DNA of 64,000 nt from Folioceros fuciformis. Taxonomy: Eukaryota. The position numbers and the translations under genes were made by a program. Shown here one piece after another: positions 44,761 to 58,000 of the stretch; position 1 is the stretch's first letter, and the number at the start of each line of letters is the position of its first letter. The notes under the pieces were generated by a model, which saw nothing but the letters and a program-made list of their open reading frames with translations, ran no database searches and was not told the DNA's origin. The stretch spans positions 64,107 to 128,106 of the forward strand of contig JBNGIO010006163.1 in NCBI GenBank assembly GCA_049999805.1. The letters run 5' to 3'.

Positions 44761-44859
44761 GGCAAAGCTATGTGTGGATTTGTCTAGGCTTTCCAGTCTC
44801 AAGCCTTTATGTTTTCCTAACTTCTTATATTTCATGAGTCTTATTCTACAGGGGTCGAT

Positions 44860-47451
44860 AAATGGCAGAATGTCTTATAAAGCTAATAGGAGCTTGTCCC
44901 GACTTCGACAAGGATCCTCAAGCATGTCGCGAGAAGTGGAAGGACATATACAATGATTACAAGACTGATTGTGTGCAAAAATATCTGGAGCTGCAACCCA
45001 AGATAAGTGTCAATTTTTTGATATAGTTGATATGTACATACATGATAAACCCCATGTGCAATGTGTGCAATGTGAGGCCCATGCTGATTCTTGTGGTGAG
45101 GGATAAGTGTCAATTTTTTGATATAGTTGATATGTACATGCATGATANNNNNNNNNNGGATAAGTGTCAATTTTTTGATATAGTTGATATGTACATGCAT
45201 GATAGGCCCCATGTGCAATGTGAGGCCCATGCTGATTCTTGTGGTGAGGGTTTTGTGGGTTATAGATCCAGTAACGAGGATAGTGCTTGTGTTACGGTAC
45301 TAGACCATGATGTTGAAGCATCAAGTGCTGCAAGAAAACGCGCACATGGAGGCGGGAAGGCAAATGAGTTCATTGAAGATATGAACAATGAGGGGGCCAA
45401 AATTCTACTGAAAGTGAAGGATATAGAGGATAAAAAATTGTCTTTCATGGAAAGCATGGCACAGACCATGTAGACCATGTCATCTATTGCAATTGTTTTG
45501 CAAAGTCACTTGGCATGATTAAAAGACAATGGAAATTGACTTTTAAGAGTCTAAGGACTCTAGTGAATCGGAATTATGTGGGAATGCATCTCTTGTCTTT
45601 CGTTTATAATGTGCCTCATATAGAGCAAAACTAAGAGCCAAAACTCTAGCATGTCCTTCCTTATAGCCTTACATTCCTAGCTCTATTCTATCCTCTAACT
45701 CATCATTGCCATGCACAATACTCGAAGTTTGTCTAGCATGTCCACTCCTACTTGAACTTGGTAGGCCAACTTCAAGTAAGATTGACAAGCAGCTCTGCTG
45801 GCCTCTCATATTACATTTTGGCCTCTCATATTACATTTTGTTTGGAAAGACTTTGCCCCAAGTCCTCCATGCCAACATCATCATTCAAAGCATCTTCGGC
45901 TTGCAAGACCCACTCTTCTCGTAACCTGAGCTTATGTACCAAACATATGTTATGTAGCACAAGACAGATAGACACCACGGAAGGCATGTTCTTCAAAGCC
46001 ACGTCACACCTTTTTAGTAGAATCTGGAACTTGCACTTTAACATTCCAAAGGCCCTTTCGACACACATCTTGCTACTATATTGTATAAAATTCCAATGAG
46101 CTTGCTCCATAGAAACCCATCTTTGCTCCCGCGGAAGGGAGTGAACATGTATAGCCAAGGCCAGTACCCAGCATCTCCAAGTAAGGCGTATTCTCCTAGA
46201 GCACCTTGCTCACACATCTCTCCTATATTGATCGCTTGAAAAGATTCTGGTCATTACAACTCCCACACCAACCATAATCATAATTCCAATTGAAGCCATT
46301 AGCATTGACCTCTAGCTGAAGCACAAATAATAGCCTTTTCGGTTATAATAATCAGCAGCATTACGTTTTGGGCCAAGTATGGGTATATGAAAACTATCAA
46401 TAGCACCAAGTACATACGGAACGCCACGAACATCTTGAAACTCTTGTGCGTACCTTTGCATGGTTGCCTCATTAGGAAACTTATTGTAGTCATTATGCAA
46501 CTCCTTTCACACAGCTTTGCAAAAGTCCAACTACATACGGAATGCCACGAACATCTCGAAACTCTTGTGCGTACCTTTGCATAGTTGCCTCATTAGGAAA
46601 CTTAATGTAGTCATTATGCAACTCCTTTCACACAACTTTGCAAAAGTCCAACACAGCCTTGTGCACAATGGTGACACCAACTGAAAAACACGTCAGCAAT
46701 GACTATCGAACGATCGCCACCAGCCAACCTGTATAATGCCATGGCCACCCTCTTGTCCATTGGTATGGCTTGGCGGAACTTCGTGTCTTGTTTCATGTAA
46801 GGGGCAACAGATTTGTCCAAGTACTCAAATGTCTAATGTCTGCCAATTTACTCGCATACGAGAGATGAACATGTCCTCCGTATATGAGCCCAACAATGTG
46901 TTCCCAAAGAAGTTGTTGGGTCTTGGGAATGCCCAAGTTCGAGGTGCCCTCCGCAACCCAACCCAAATTGCCGCCCATCTATAAGTAACAATTGCAAGCC
47001 AAACACACAATGCTGGTAATATGCATGAAGTAGAAGTAAAGATAGAATTGTGGAAGCTTCTAAAAAAACAATACCTTGCATAGCCATGACAAGAGAGAGG
47101 ATCACATAAAATGTGAAGTCATCCATCACAAATACCCTAAAGAAACCCTAAAAAGTACCAAGCCTCAAGAACAAAAACCCCAACTTGCAAATGCCTGATG
47201 TGGAAACTCATTATATAGGAGGTGGCTCGCTGTCCCGAGTAAATACTTGTAGTTATTTTCTTAAAATAATTATATAGTAAAAAAAATGGGCCAGACTAAA
47301 TAGATTTGGTGGGCCATGTTGAGTGAACCAGTGGAAACGGTGGGTGGTACAAACATGTTTACGTGGACCGCTTATACCCGCGTGGACGACGAGCACGCGG
47401 TACAAACCGGTCTGACACCCGTTTGTACCACCGGTAGATGGAAACGCAGCC
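44860..47451 (-). mobile_element. Degenerate PIF/Harbinger DNA transposon (DDE transposase on minus, Myb/SANT-like remnant on plus)
   Basis: QDTKFRQAIPMDKRVAMALYRLA, VLGAIDSFHIPI..P, YYNRKGY, LLGDAGY and VERAFGMLKCKFQIL...CLVLHNIC. Candidate TIR end ...GATGGAAACGCAGCC followed by TAA at 47451. DKWQN remnant at ~44857. Confidence 0.88.
45002..45250. repeat. ~100-bp tandem repeat spanning an N gap
   Basis: GATAAGTGTCAATTTTTTGATATAGTTGATATGTACAT occurs three times. Confidence 0.8.
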
Positions 47452-47624
47452 TAATGAGGAGGAAGTTTTAATGAGTTTTCTCTTTTTTTGGGTTGACCTT
47501 AGTGCCCTGGAAACGTGAGCCAGCTGGTTTCTTGTTGACCAAGGCAAGCGAGGTCATGCCATCCAAGCTCAAGTCCTCAAAATCCATCTTTCTTTAGGGA
47601 TGCCCCGGACAAATTTGGTTTCAC

Positions 47625-47897
47625 CTAGAGCTTGTGGGCAAAGCCCTGTGGCTATTACCACCTTGTTACACAGCACCACGAAGGAAGAGTCTCGCTAGAG
47701 CTCCATAGAGCTTGTGAGCAAAGACATGTGGCTACTACCTCCTTGCTACACAGCACCAAGAAGGGAGCATCTCCCTAGAGCTCCATAGAGCTTGTGAGCA
47801 GAGACATGTAGCTAGTAACTCCTTGCTAGACAGCACCAAGAAGAATCTCAGTAGAGCTTGCGGACGAAGCCCTGGAGCTAGGGCCTCCTTGCTACAC
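47625..47897. repeat. ~79-bp degenerate tandem repeat x3.5
   Basis: TAGAGCTTGTGAGCAAAGACATGTGGCTACTACCTCCTTGCTACACAGCACCAAGAAG... repeated. Confidence 0.8.
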
Positions 47898-48633
47898 TTG
47901 AAAATAGGACGACTCGTCTTGTTACACAGAAGGCTCATTAAGGTTAGCATAAAGTAGATCTCGGAACCTGCATCCATTTTATGCCATGCTACTCAGACGT
48001 GGACCCGGCTTCCTACATGTGTAGGGCCAGCCAGCCAGCCATTACACCTCCTTCAAAGACTACTTTCAAGTCCTGTAACATTGATTCTGTGGACACTACA
48101 CACAGTACCTTTAACAAGACACTAACTGGCAGGGTTACAATACTGTATGTACTTCGGATTCTCTTGGGTTCGCACCTCTAATCTCAAACTTCGAGCACCA
48201 TACACTTCGTGGTTCGTGTGCGATATTTTTGTTTATGTTTGACCGTCCCGTACTGCGAGTCGAGTCATGAGCGTGTCGATCTATGTACTGAACTCGTCCA
48301 CTTGGGGAAGGATCCAGGATTCCAGCGATGAAAGGAACGCTTTGTCTGTACGTGAATGTATATTGTACGGTGGCAGAGACCCGGTCGCCTGTGCCGTGAG
48401 TGGGTACAGTCCTATCGAGGGCGCAGGGCACGGAAGGGCCGGGGAACAAATCCAATCCGATCAAGCAAAAGGATGAAGCTTCATCTTCAACCTTCTCCTC
48501 CCGGCTCGCTATGTATGCCCTCCTTCAGCTGACTCGTCTTCCACTCCCACTTCGCTCCACCTCCAGGGTTCCCGCAGCCGCATTCCCAGCACGCTCTGAG
48601 CTCCAGGAGCAGCTGAAGCAGCAAATGTAGGAG

Positions 48634-51600
48634 ATGCCATCCGTGTGGCCAGCCGAGTGCGCTGCGGCCACGCCGCCATGCCCGACCTGCCAGACCCGGG
48701 ATGACCTCATCTCGGAGTACTGCCGTTTCCTGGACGAGTACAACAAGCTGGACCAGGAGCAGCGAGGATTCCAGAAGGCCAAAACTCTAGGCGGGCTGGC
48801 TGATGTGGCGCACGCTGCGGCCTCCACCGTGAGCTCCTATTTCGGCGGCTTTCGTTTGCCGGACATCAGCTGGAGAGGCGTCATAGCCAAGGTTAAGTCG
48901 CCCGATGAAGAGGTTCGGTTGCAGAAGCTGGCGCGCCTGGAGGTCATATACCAGCGGATGCAACAGCTCGACCTTCAGATTCCTACCTTGTATTGTCCCG
49001 TCGGAAACGGATCCACCGTGCCTGTCGCCTACTACCTGGCGAGTGGATCGTGGCACGAGGGAAACACCACATCTTTCCAGCTGGTGCGGCAGTCTTCTTC
49101 CGGTGGATACGTCTCCGATTCCGGGAACATGCAGCTTGCACCAGCCAAAGACGGTGGACCGCAGTATGCCCCTGGCACGTGGAATGCGCCGCAAGTTCCC
49201 GCGTCTGCTGCTCGACCGATCCACCTTGCAAACGTACTCTGCTGTGATGCTCCGGGTGCAGATGTAGGGTTCGTTCATTGGAACTCCACAGGGTCGCGGG
49301 AGTTTCCGGAAGGGCACCAGATCTCTGTTGTAGGTATCCCGTACGGTGGGGGCATGGGAGATCGAGTTCCTCTGCCAAGGATGCGTTCTTCGGACTCGTT
49401 TTGTGGCGCCATGTACCAACCTGGAGCATCTGCCTACGGCTCTACATCTCCTGCGGAATACTTCCCCAGCCCAGTGTCTGGAGGTGTGTCAGGAGGAGGA
49501 GAAAGCGTTTATGGTCATACCTCACGGATGCGAAGCACGGGGCCTCCTGCACATTTTCCTACTGCTCATTTGTATCATGTGATGGGAGAGGGTGTCGAGC
49601 TAGCGAGGCGGGGTTCTTCAGAATCCTCCCTTACGCGTGGTACAACGTGCCATGATGAGCTCTCTGCCTATGGCGCTGCTGTTTCTCGAGAAGCTTACGA
49701 TGCAGGCCGTGGAGGTTTATCAGGAGGAGGAAGTTTTCATAGTGGTAACTCTCGAACGGTGACCACGGTATCAGCTATACACAATCCTGCTCCGGAGGTC
49801 TACCATGCGGTGGTGGAAGGGTGTTTCAATCGGAGTGGTGTGGTCCATGCAGGAAGGCCTTCTTCTTGCGGGCAGGTCAATCATGCAGCTGCTGAGCAAA
49901 ATGAAGACTCTGACGAGGATTCGGGTGGAGACGAGTCAGTTGACGACGAGGCAGGTAACATCTCACGGCCTCAGAAGATGGAAGGCAGTGCACACCCTGT
50001 GCAAGCTCAACCTCCTCATATGGAGGAAGCAACCTTGTCAGATGACGAGTCTTCAGAGGATGACGAAGAAGACGAAGACGAAGAAGACGAAGACGAAGAT
50101 GACGAGGAAGACGAAGACGCAGACGAAGACGAAGAGGGAAAGGGGAGCTCACAACCAGAGGCTCGATGGGTATCACACAAGCTGATTGGAAGGTCACCAG
50201 AGTCCCCTACGGACCGGTTAGGGTCTCCTGGAGGCCATGCACAACCCGGCGCTCAGTCGTATAATGCACAGCCGGGTGGCCGACTGTACTATGCACAGCC
50301 GGGTGCTCAACTGCACAATGCACAGCTGAGTGCTTCACTGCACAATGCACAGCCGGGTGCTCAACTGCAAAATGCACAGCCGGGTGGTCAAATGCACAAT
50401 GCACAGCCGGATGCTCAAGTACACAATGCACAGCCGGGTGTTCAATTGCACAATGCACAGCCGGTTGCTCAAGTACACAATGCACAGCCGGGTGCCCATC
50501 CTCAACCATGGCCCACAGGACGACCGCAGTCTGGAGGACATCCGCAACCGCAGCCTAGGGAACAACCTCAACCGCATCTTGAAGGACAACCGCGACCACT
50601 TCCTGGAGGACAACCGCGACCACTTTCTGGGGGACCAGCGCAACCGCATCTTGCAGAACAACCGCGACCACGTTCTGGAGGACAACCGGGACCACAGCCT
50701 GGAGGACAACCGGGACCACAGCCTGGAGGACAACCGCGACCAATTTCTGGAGGACAGCCGGGACCACAGCCGGGAGGACAACGGCGACCAATTTCTGGAG
50801 GACAACCGGGACCACAGCCTGGAGGACAACCGGTACCAATTTCTGGAGGACAACCGGTACCAATTTCTGGAGGACAACCGGGACCACAGTCTGGAGGACA
50901 TCCGCGACCACAGCCTGGAGGACAACTGGGATCCCAGCTTGGAGGACAACCGGGACCACAGCCTGGAGGACAACCGGGACCACAGCCTGGCGGACAACCG
51001 CGACTAATTACTGGCGAACAACCGCGACTAATTACTGGCGAACAACCGCGACCAATCGCTGGTGGACAACCGCGACCACAGCCTGGAGGACAACCGCGAC
51101 CGGTTTCTGGCGGACAACCGCGACCACAGCCGGGAGGACAACCGGGACCACAGCCTGGAGGACAACCGCGACCACAGCCTGGAGGAGGACAACCGGGACC
51201 ACAGCCTGGAGGACAACCGCGACCACAGCCTGGAGGAGGACAACCGNNNNNNNNNNNNNNNNNNNNNNNNNNNNNNNNNNNNNNNNNNNNNNNNNNNNNN
51301 NNNNNNNNNNNNNNNNNNNNNNNNNNNNNNNNNNNNNNNNNNNNNNAACCGCGACCACAGCCAGGAGGAGGACAACCGCAACCACAGCCTGGAGGAGAAC
51401 CACCCCCTGTAGGATGGCGTCATGAAGGTCATCTGCTGCCTAGTTCCGCCGGGGGTCCCTTATCGGTACAGTTTCACGAGACCATGAACCTCCGTGAGGC
51501 GCCATCCAGTGCCCAGCAGCGGCCAGCGGTGGGTCTGGGAGCTGCGGCAAGATCTGTAGATGGAAACCATGCCTGCAATGTCTGCACTAAAAAATTCCAG

Positions 51601-51735
51601 CCACGGGAGTCTGTATACAAATGCAAAACTTGCAGGAATGTGAGTTTGTGTGCCTCGTGTCACTGCAGGCGTAACTTCGTCCATCCTGATCACCAGTTCG
51701 TGCCTTCCACTTTCAATTTGCAAGCTTCTCGGTGA
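48634..51735 (+). CDS. Intronless protein with an acidic tract, 9-aa and 8-aa Gly/Gln/Pro tandem repeats and a C-terminal ZZ-type zinc finger
   Basis: Long ORF with a D/E tract, ~10 HNAQPGAQL units, more than 25 GGQP(G/R)PQP units, and C-terminal CNVC...YKCKTCRNVSLCASC...HPDHQF. The frame across the 100-N gap (51247-51346) is unverified. Confidence 0.75.
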   Translation: MPSVWPAECAAATPPCPTCQTRDDLISEYCRFLDEYNKLDQEQRGFQKAKTLGGLADVAHAAASTVSSYFGGFRLPDISWRGVIAKVKSPDEEVRLQKLARLEVIYQRMQQLDLQIPTLYCPVGNGSTVPVAYYLASGSWHEGNTTSFQLVRQSSSGGYVSDSGNMQLAPAKDGGPQYAPGTWNAPQVPASAARPIHLANVLCCDAPGADVGFVHWNSTGSREFPEGHQISVVGIPYGGGMGDRVPLPRMRSSDSFCGAMYQPGASAYGSTSPAEYFPSPVSGGVSGGGESVYGHTSRMRSTGPPAHFPTAHLYHVMGEGVELARRGSSESSLTRGTTCHDELSAYGAAVSREAYDAGRGGLSGGGSFHSGNSRTVTTVSAIHNPAPEVYHAVVEGCFNRSGVVHAGRPSSCGQVNHAAAEQNEDSDEDSGGDESVDDEAGNISRPQKMEGSAHPVQAQPPHMEEATLSDDESSEDDEEDEDEEDEDEDDEEDEDADEDEEGKGSSQPEARWVSHKLIGRSPESPTDRLGSPGGHAQPGAQSYNAQPGGRLYYAQPGAQLHNAQLSASLHNAQPGAQLQNAQPGGQMHNAQPDAQVHNAQPGVQLHNAQPVAQVHNAQPGAHPQPWPTGRPQSGGHPQPQPREQPQPHLEGQPRPLPGGQPRPLSGGPAQPHLAEQPRPRSGGQPGPQPGGQPGPQPGGQPRPISGGQPGPQPGGQRRPISGGQPGPQPGGQPVPISGGQPVPISGGQPGPQSGGHPRPQPGGQLGSQLGGQPGPQPGGQPGPQPGGQPRLITGEQPRLITGEQPRPIAGGQPRPQPGGQPRPVSGGQPRPQPGGQPGPQPGGQPRPQPGGGQPGPQPGGQPRPQPGGGQPXXXXXXXXXXXXXXXXXXXXXXXXXXXXXXXXXXPRPQPGGGQPQPQPGGEPPPVGWRHEGHLLPSSAGGPLSVQFHETMNLREAPSSAQQRPAVGLGAAARSVDGNHACNVCTKKFQPRESVYKCKTCRNVSLCASCHCRRNFVHPDHQFVPSTFNLQASR

Positions 51736-52068
51736 CCACAGAGGGAGCTCTGGCGAAATCTCACAGCTTGTCCGAGATGGTCTTAGATGTCCTTCGGCGC
51801 GCCTGTGAAAAGCGTGGCTAGTATTGGTTTCTGGAGGTCAGACTTTGTATGCAGATTCCTGCCATTGCCGCAGAATTTGAAGGCTGTGCAGAGCAGAGGA
51901 GCGACGTCCACATGTACGAAAGCTGAGGCATGTGATTTGCGTAACGCAAGATCATAACAGCACAGTACTGGGCGTGCGTACGCGCCGGAGCAGCCCAGTC
52001 GCAGCCTTTTGAGACTCCGATGTCGTGGTGACTGTCTCTTAAGATTCTTCTTTCGTCAGAGTAGCTGA

Positions 52069-55000
52069 TCATGTTGCTAGTGACAGGAGGAGAGCCGTCC
52101 CTCTCTTCACCCAATGATCGGAGTTCGAAAGTCCAGTCTTCAGTGTCACACTTAGTATCCAGCTTGGTCGTTCTCTGGGTCCTGTTCGAATGGGATATAG
52201 AAACAGGGGACTACTGTACACACCCTTGGGTGTCTTGTTCTTATTTTTGATGGGCTTGAAGTGCATTATTGGCATGGGCACGATTAACTCCATTGCTTTT
52301 GGTTCCTGCGGACACACATCAGCGCAAACTGTCTAGTCCGTCCAGCAGCAATTCCGGTCACGGTTCATCAAATCAAACGGGAGAAGAGATTTAGAGAACA
52401 AGCTGCCTACCGTCAAGTGTTCATTTTGGTGATCCCAACCGGCCCCCTCCAAGTACAGTCCCTTTACATAGATACCTTCCTTGGGGCCCTCCAAAATATC
52501 AGCTTCGTCCTTGTTGACGACGGTAAACTCCCACACTAGAGTGTCGATCGGTATGAGGTTCTTTCGTGCCGTAGTTTGTAGGACTGCCGTAAGAAAATCT
52601 GCAGGGTATGTGAACCCTGCAAGCCAGTATACAGTGGGATAAACTCCCTCTGCCCACGTCCTTATCTCCAGCAGTCTTTGCATGAGATCCCTTGTCCATG
52701 GTCCCAGTGGTTTGATCGTTGGATAGGCCCTGCCAGATGGTAGTCACCATCGCAATTACAATAATCAGGGCACATGCCTGCTACCCCTTGAATTCCCCGC
52801 GACAACAATGCTTTGAGAACTGAGATGCTTTTGACTTACTTCACCCAGATGGGGGGAACACGTGATTCAGCAAGTGAGTTGAAGATCACATTTAACTCAG
52901 GGGACATGACTACCAGCCCTTGAATTCCCTTCTGCAACTTTTCACAGTTTTCACGAATGTTGACAAGCAAGATGTTAAACCGCTCGATTTCTTGAAAGAG
53001 CAGAGTGTGCAAGGCAGATGGATCATGGGCTTTGAACCTCTGTATTTCCGCCAAATCAAAAGGCTCAGGGACCTGATCCAAACAAGGGTGGGCTTGATTA
53101 GCAAACAGGCTACGTTCTTAGGAAAATTGCGATAACCCAGTTTGCTAGGGTTAGGGTACCTGGGCCAGCAAATCCGTAATTATGTCCATAACAGTGTCCT
53201 CTCTGCTTTTGCCACCCTTGCTTGCTGTTACCTTGGGCTGAAGACTTGTGATGGTCTCCAAAATCTGTCTGCTGTCTGATAGTTGGAAAGCAATGTCAGC
53301 GTTTGCATGCTGCCCAAAAGCTTCAGGCCTATCTACACCAGGCAGGCCAGCAATGAACTCTCTGTGGCTCTCCAGAGTTCCATCATCCGGCACGTGGTAC
53401 TCAGGAAGCGTGGACAGCTCAAAGTTTGGTTGAGTGAGGATTTCTTCACAATAGAATTGATTCAGGTAGGATGTAAGCACACGACGATCAAGCTCATCAG
53501 TCACTCTTCCACCATAGTTCGCTTGTGATATCAGGAATTTTAGAGCATCGAACGGTGTCTCCTCGTACTCATCAAGGTACGTTTTTAGGAGGTCATCCGA
53601 GACCTGTCAGCAGTCCCGCAGGGGCTTAGCATGCTTGCCCCTTGGAGAGCCAAAACTTAATAGAAGAGAAGACTTAGCTCACCTGAAAGTCTGTGTCATT
53701 GAAGTCGTACGGGATGTTCAGACCAAGAGTACCAAACTTGCGTCGTTCAAGGAGCACACTGTGAAAGTACGCAAGGGCGAAAAATAGCTTCTGATACTTC
53801 TCTTGTGCTTTGCATTGAAGAAAAGACTCTTCTGTTGTCTGATTATAGAGCCTCATCAAATTGGACCGCAACCCCTGCAGTTCAACTTCGATTAATTCAC
53901 AAAGGTGTGCATGTCGCTGGCACCCACAAACTTCGACGCGGGGACCAGACCTTGGGAGGTTCAGCGGTCAGCTTGACGCTCCTCTGTAGGATGGAAATTG
54001 GGAAATCCTCATGTGGTACACTAGAAAGCCACAATCTGAAGGCTTCGTTGGGCTTCGATTTTTCAACAGTTTGTATCAGCTTCTCAAGCGACGGCAACCA
54101 TCTGGTCATAAGGTGACAATTCGCCAGAAATACCCATCCTCCTGACTTCGACTGCCAGCATGAAAGTGCTTTGGGTTAGATTCCACTGCTTCGGCGTAGG
54201 CAGGCCCGTAAGCAACGGGAGTGGCGCGAATTGCAGTATAATTGGTAGTTCCAGCTTACTGCTTCGTTGATAAGTTTCACTGCAATGGGACCCTGGCCCT
54301 GTCCTAGAGCTATTGAATGGAACTTGTCGGCCATCGCATTTTGTGCGGCGAACTGCATCAGACCAGCAGTAGGGTCCACTCCTGGATGAGGACGGATTGT
54401 CAAAAGCACTGCCTCAAAAGCTGATTCTGTTCCGGACATGCCTGCAGCATGCCTTGAAGTGCATTTTACCAGCTGAAAGGATGAACATGAGCGGACTCGT
54501 TGGTCCTGAATCTCCAAAAGCCTCTGCTAGGTCAAGAATGGGCGGCTCCACAAACTTCTGTCCCAGTACGTTGGACACATAAGCTGTAATTGCAAAAATC
54601 ACCCGATCCTGTGGTACGCAATAGTGTAGCGGATTAAAACTTGTGGTCATTCAAATTTCCCGTCACAGTGGCGATGCTTCAGCCAGAGTATGGTTGGACT
54701 GACCATCCGGAAGCAGCGTAAAATGATCATGTGCTGCAATTCAGTGCATTTGTCTTCCCAGTCTCCTGGCAGCTCAATGGCCTCTGGCTCAGGGTGATCG
54801 AACCATTGCTTCCACTTAAGAGCATCGGCTGTTAGGCTTTGAATCTGCAAGGTGCGGCGACTGTATCAGGGTATCCCATCACAGGAAATACTTGAAAACG
54901 GGCATCCATCAGATCGACAAATCAAATGCCAGGTGATGTGACGTAAGCATACGAATCCTTCAAACTGGGTGGGGAGAGCTTTAATCAGTTCAGTGACGTT

Positions 55001-58000
55001 ATCCCAGGCAAGCTCATTGATCCACTCTGGACAAGGATTTGGAATTTGATTTGTTCTGTCAAGCACAGTTCCACCTCGAAGGAAAAATTGCCATTCATCA
55101 TTGGTTATCTGGTTTGCAGCTTGGAGAACCTTGGCTGCAATCTGCAGCAGGCAAGAGTGAACTTCCAGCCATCTGTTCAACGTTCCTAGGTGCAATACAC
55201 CGGAAAGTATTGGAGCCTTTACCTGGAGGGATAGCAGCAGCTTATGCTTCTCAAAAAGTCCCCTGGTGGTATACTTGTAGACAGCATAAGTGTGATATTC
55301 CACTAGGCCCTTAATCCTCTCATTCAAGTTTTCAGATCTGCTCCCGTGCACAGTCAAACATGACCCTTCAGACCTGTGTTGGTTGTTACATCGTAGCCAC
55401 CCCTCCTTCCTCTCTGGATGGAAATCAAATGACATCTAGCATCTCAAATAGAACGCTGACTAGGTGTGATGGTGGTAGAGGATAGTACGGGGGTGATTTC
55501 GCTATTGAGATCAGGAACAGCTCTGTATAGGCCTGGAGTGAGAATTGATACATAGGATCAATGCCCACTAGTTCAATTAAGATGAAGTAGAGCAACGATG
55601 CACGTTCAGCGCATGGCTTATACGCAGCACTGGCTACGTCGATCTTCTTAGCTGTTACTTCTGCAACTTCGATGGACTGCTTCACCTGCACTCCAATGAA
55701 CGGGCATGCGGGTTAACGAAACACATACTAACAGCATACAACCCATCCCGAATCCGGAGTCTTTGTAGCTGGTTTTGGTTGACTTGCACATTGAGTGAGC
55801 GGAGCAAACCGTTTCCCAGGTCTCCTTGGATGTGTCAAGAGTTGCAATTAGCTCAAGGTTCTCTAGAATGGGGCCTTCGGCTGTGGCAAGCATCCTCAAG
55901 ATATCGTCTTCACATCGAGTCTGCGTTTTTTTACCTTGAGATACCTGTAATATTACACAAAAGATCAGCAACTCAGAGCCTTCTAATGGTCTGATAACTC
56001 CCAGAATGAATTCGTCATCCAATTACCGTGACAATCAGTTCATTTCGCTGCTTATCCAAGTCAGGTCTTTCCTTTTGAACTACAAGCGTCAACAGCTGTG
56101 CTTCTAGACTTTCCTCCTTCACAGCAAAATTTATTATGGTGGTTTTGGTTGATATCTCAGGCGAGAAACTTGGATTAGCTAGTTTTGTTGTGATATACAG
56201 CCTGAAGTTCGCATTGTAGTCCACCTCCTTGTCCCCAAGCCTAATGAACACCTGGATCACAAAAGAGGAGGAAGTTTACAACCTGCGCGTGATATGCCGC
56301 ACCACCTCAGACGGATCCCTGGTGACGGTGGAAAGATATCCCAAGAAAGCCCAGCAAGAGCATGATGCAGAAGGTCCAACCCCTTTTCCCCGTTTGATAA
56401 AAGATTTTGATAGGATAGGCTCCAGCGATGGATCTATCTCTTGCAATATGTCCACCAACAACACTGGCTTTCCATTTTGTACTGCATCTTCCATGATGCG
56501 TAAGATGCTGTCCATCTGCCGAAGCACCACAGAGAAAAGGTCACAAGAGAACCTGCTGTTGAGTGAGTGTGCTGGGCACAAAGATACGTACTGCATGGGG
56601 GCTGGGTGCCTGGACAAAGAGAGGCCATTCCAGAAAGAAACACAAGATCGAATCCATGAGATACACGGAAGCTTACTTGCAGATCAACCACTTCTAGCCC
56701 ATTCATTCCTTCATAATTCTTAACCCATTTTTTCGCTTGTTCCTGAAGTGATAGGAGACATAGAGGCACAAGTCAGACAGTACAAGCTCTGCAAACAATT
56801 GCACTGTGATTATTGTTGCAAAAGAGCACCTGCGGGTCAATCATAAGCGGCCATCGGTTGCTTCTTGTGACTAAAACTCCGTTTTCAGTCGAAAAAGAGT
56901 CAGCTGGCAGTCCTTGTAGGTTCCATTCCCTTACATCACCAGCATCTGCTAGGAAGCTGGCTAATGCAAAAGTTGGAGACGAAGGAATTGCTAGCTTCAG
57001 TACCTAGAGCAATGAAGAGTTGGACAGCATTCTTATAAGTGTGAACTCCAAGTGAGGAAAGGGCAAGTTCTGAAGCACCACTTAACTATACACAAGAATA
57101 AAGAGGCTGCGTCTATCCCATACCTCAGCTTTCCATGCAGTGACAAGCTCATCACGATAATCAGACACAAAGGGTCCCACATATGAAAGAAAAGCTGCAG
57201 CTAGAAGGCAGTCCCCTGGAAGTTTCTTGACTCCTTCCTCCAGACTAGCAATTGACAATTCCCACCTTTGTTTCTCCCCTGCCAATCCCGACACTAACTT
57301 CTCTGCTCGAAATAGTTTCACCTGTAAATGAAAGGACCACAGGTCAGGAGACACACATCTTTTAACATTTGCATCACTGTGAAGACGAAAGGGAGAATGT
57401 ACTTCGAGGTCGTCAAGTTCTGTCTGCAACGCTTCTTTAGAAGAAATGGACTTCTCATATTTCTCCTTGAGTGATGCTACTTTCAATCTGACCTCCTCCA
57501 GCTTGTTCCTGATCGTGAAGCAAAGGTACAACGTGATTTAGTACGTACCTCTAAACTAGGCCAGGCTGCACCTGCTGCCTTTTTCTCTCAAAACTTAAAC
57601 GGCACAACACACTTCCAACCATTTGTAAGCATGCGCACCTTGCATCCTGCAAGGCTGCCTCCATTTTGGCCAAGTTCTCCTGAGCAGCTTTCAGTCGTGC
57701 TTTCTTTGGTGCTACTTCCTTCGCTATATACCCATAAGTCTCCATGGCACGCACCTGCAGTCAGCCGCAACAGCTAGTGTGAGTAAAGCAGGAGGTAACT
57801 TCACTTGCAGTCTAACTATGGGCTTTTCATTGCGCCTTACCCACAGACAAAGCCCTCTAGCTGCACTTGACACCTTTCCAATAATTTCAGGAGTGAATTC
57901 AGGGTCCGAAGTGTACTTGTTCATCTTCTTGAGCAGCGAATCTACCTGCAGAGGCACACCCAGATTAACGGTATTCGTCGAGGTCAACCTGAAGTTGTAG

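Noticed and set aside
50207..51432. Alternative-frame repeat ORFs (LEDNRDHS, SRLWSRLS, VVLQAVVP)
   Set aside because: They are by-products of the stop-free 24/27-bp repeats. Only the frame continuous with the upstream ATG ORF is supported.
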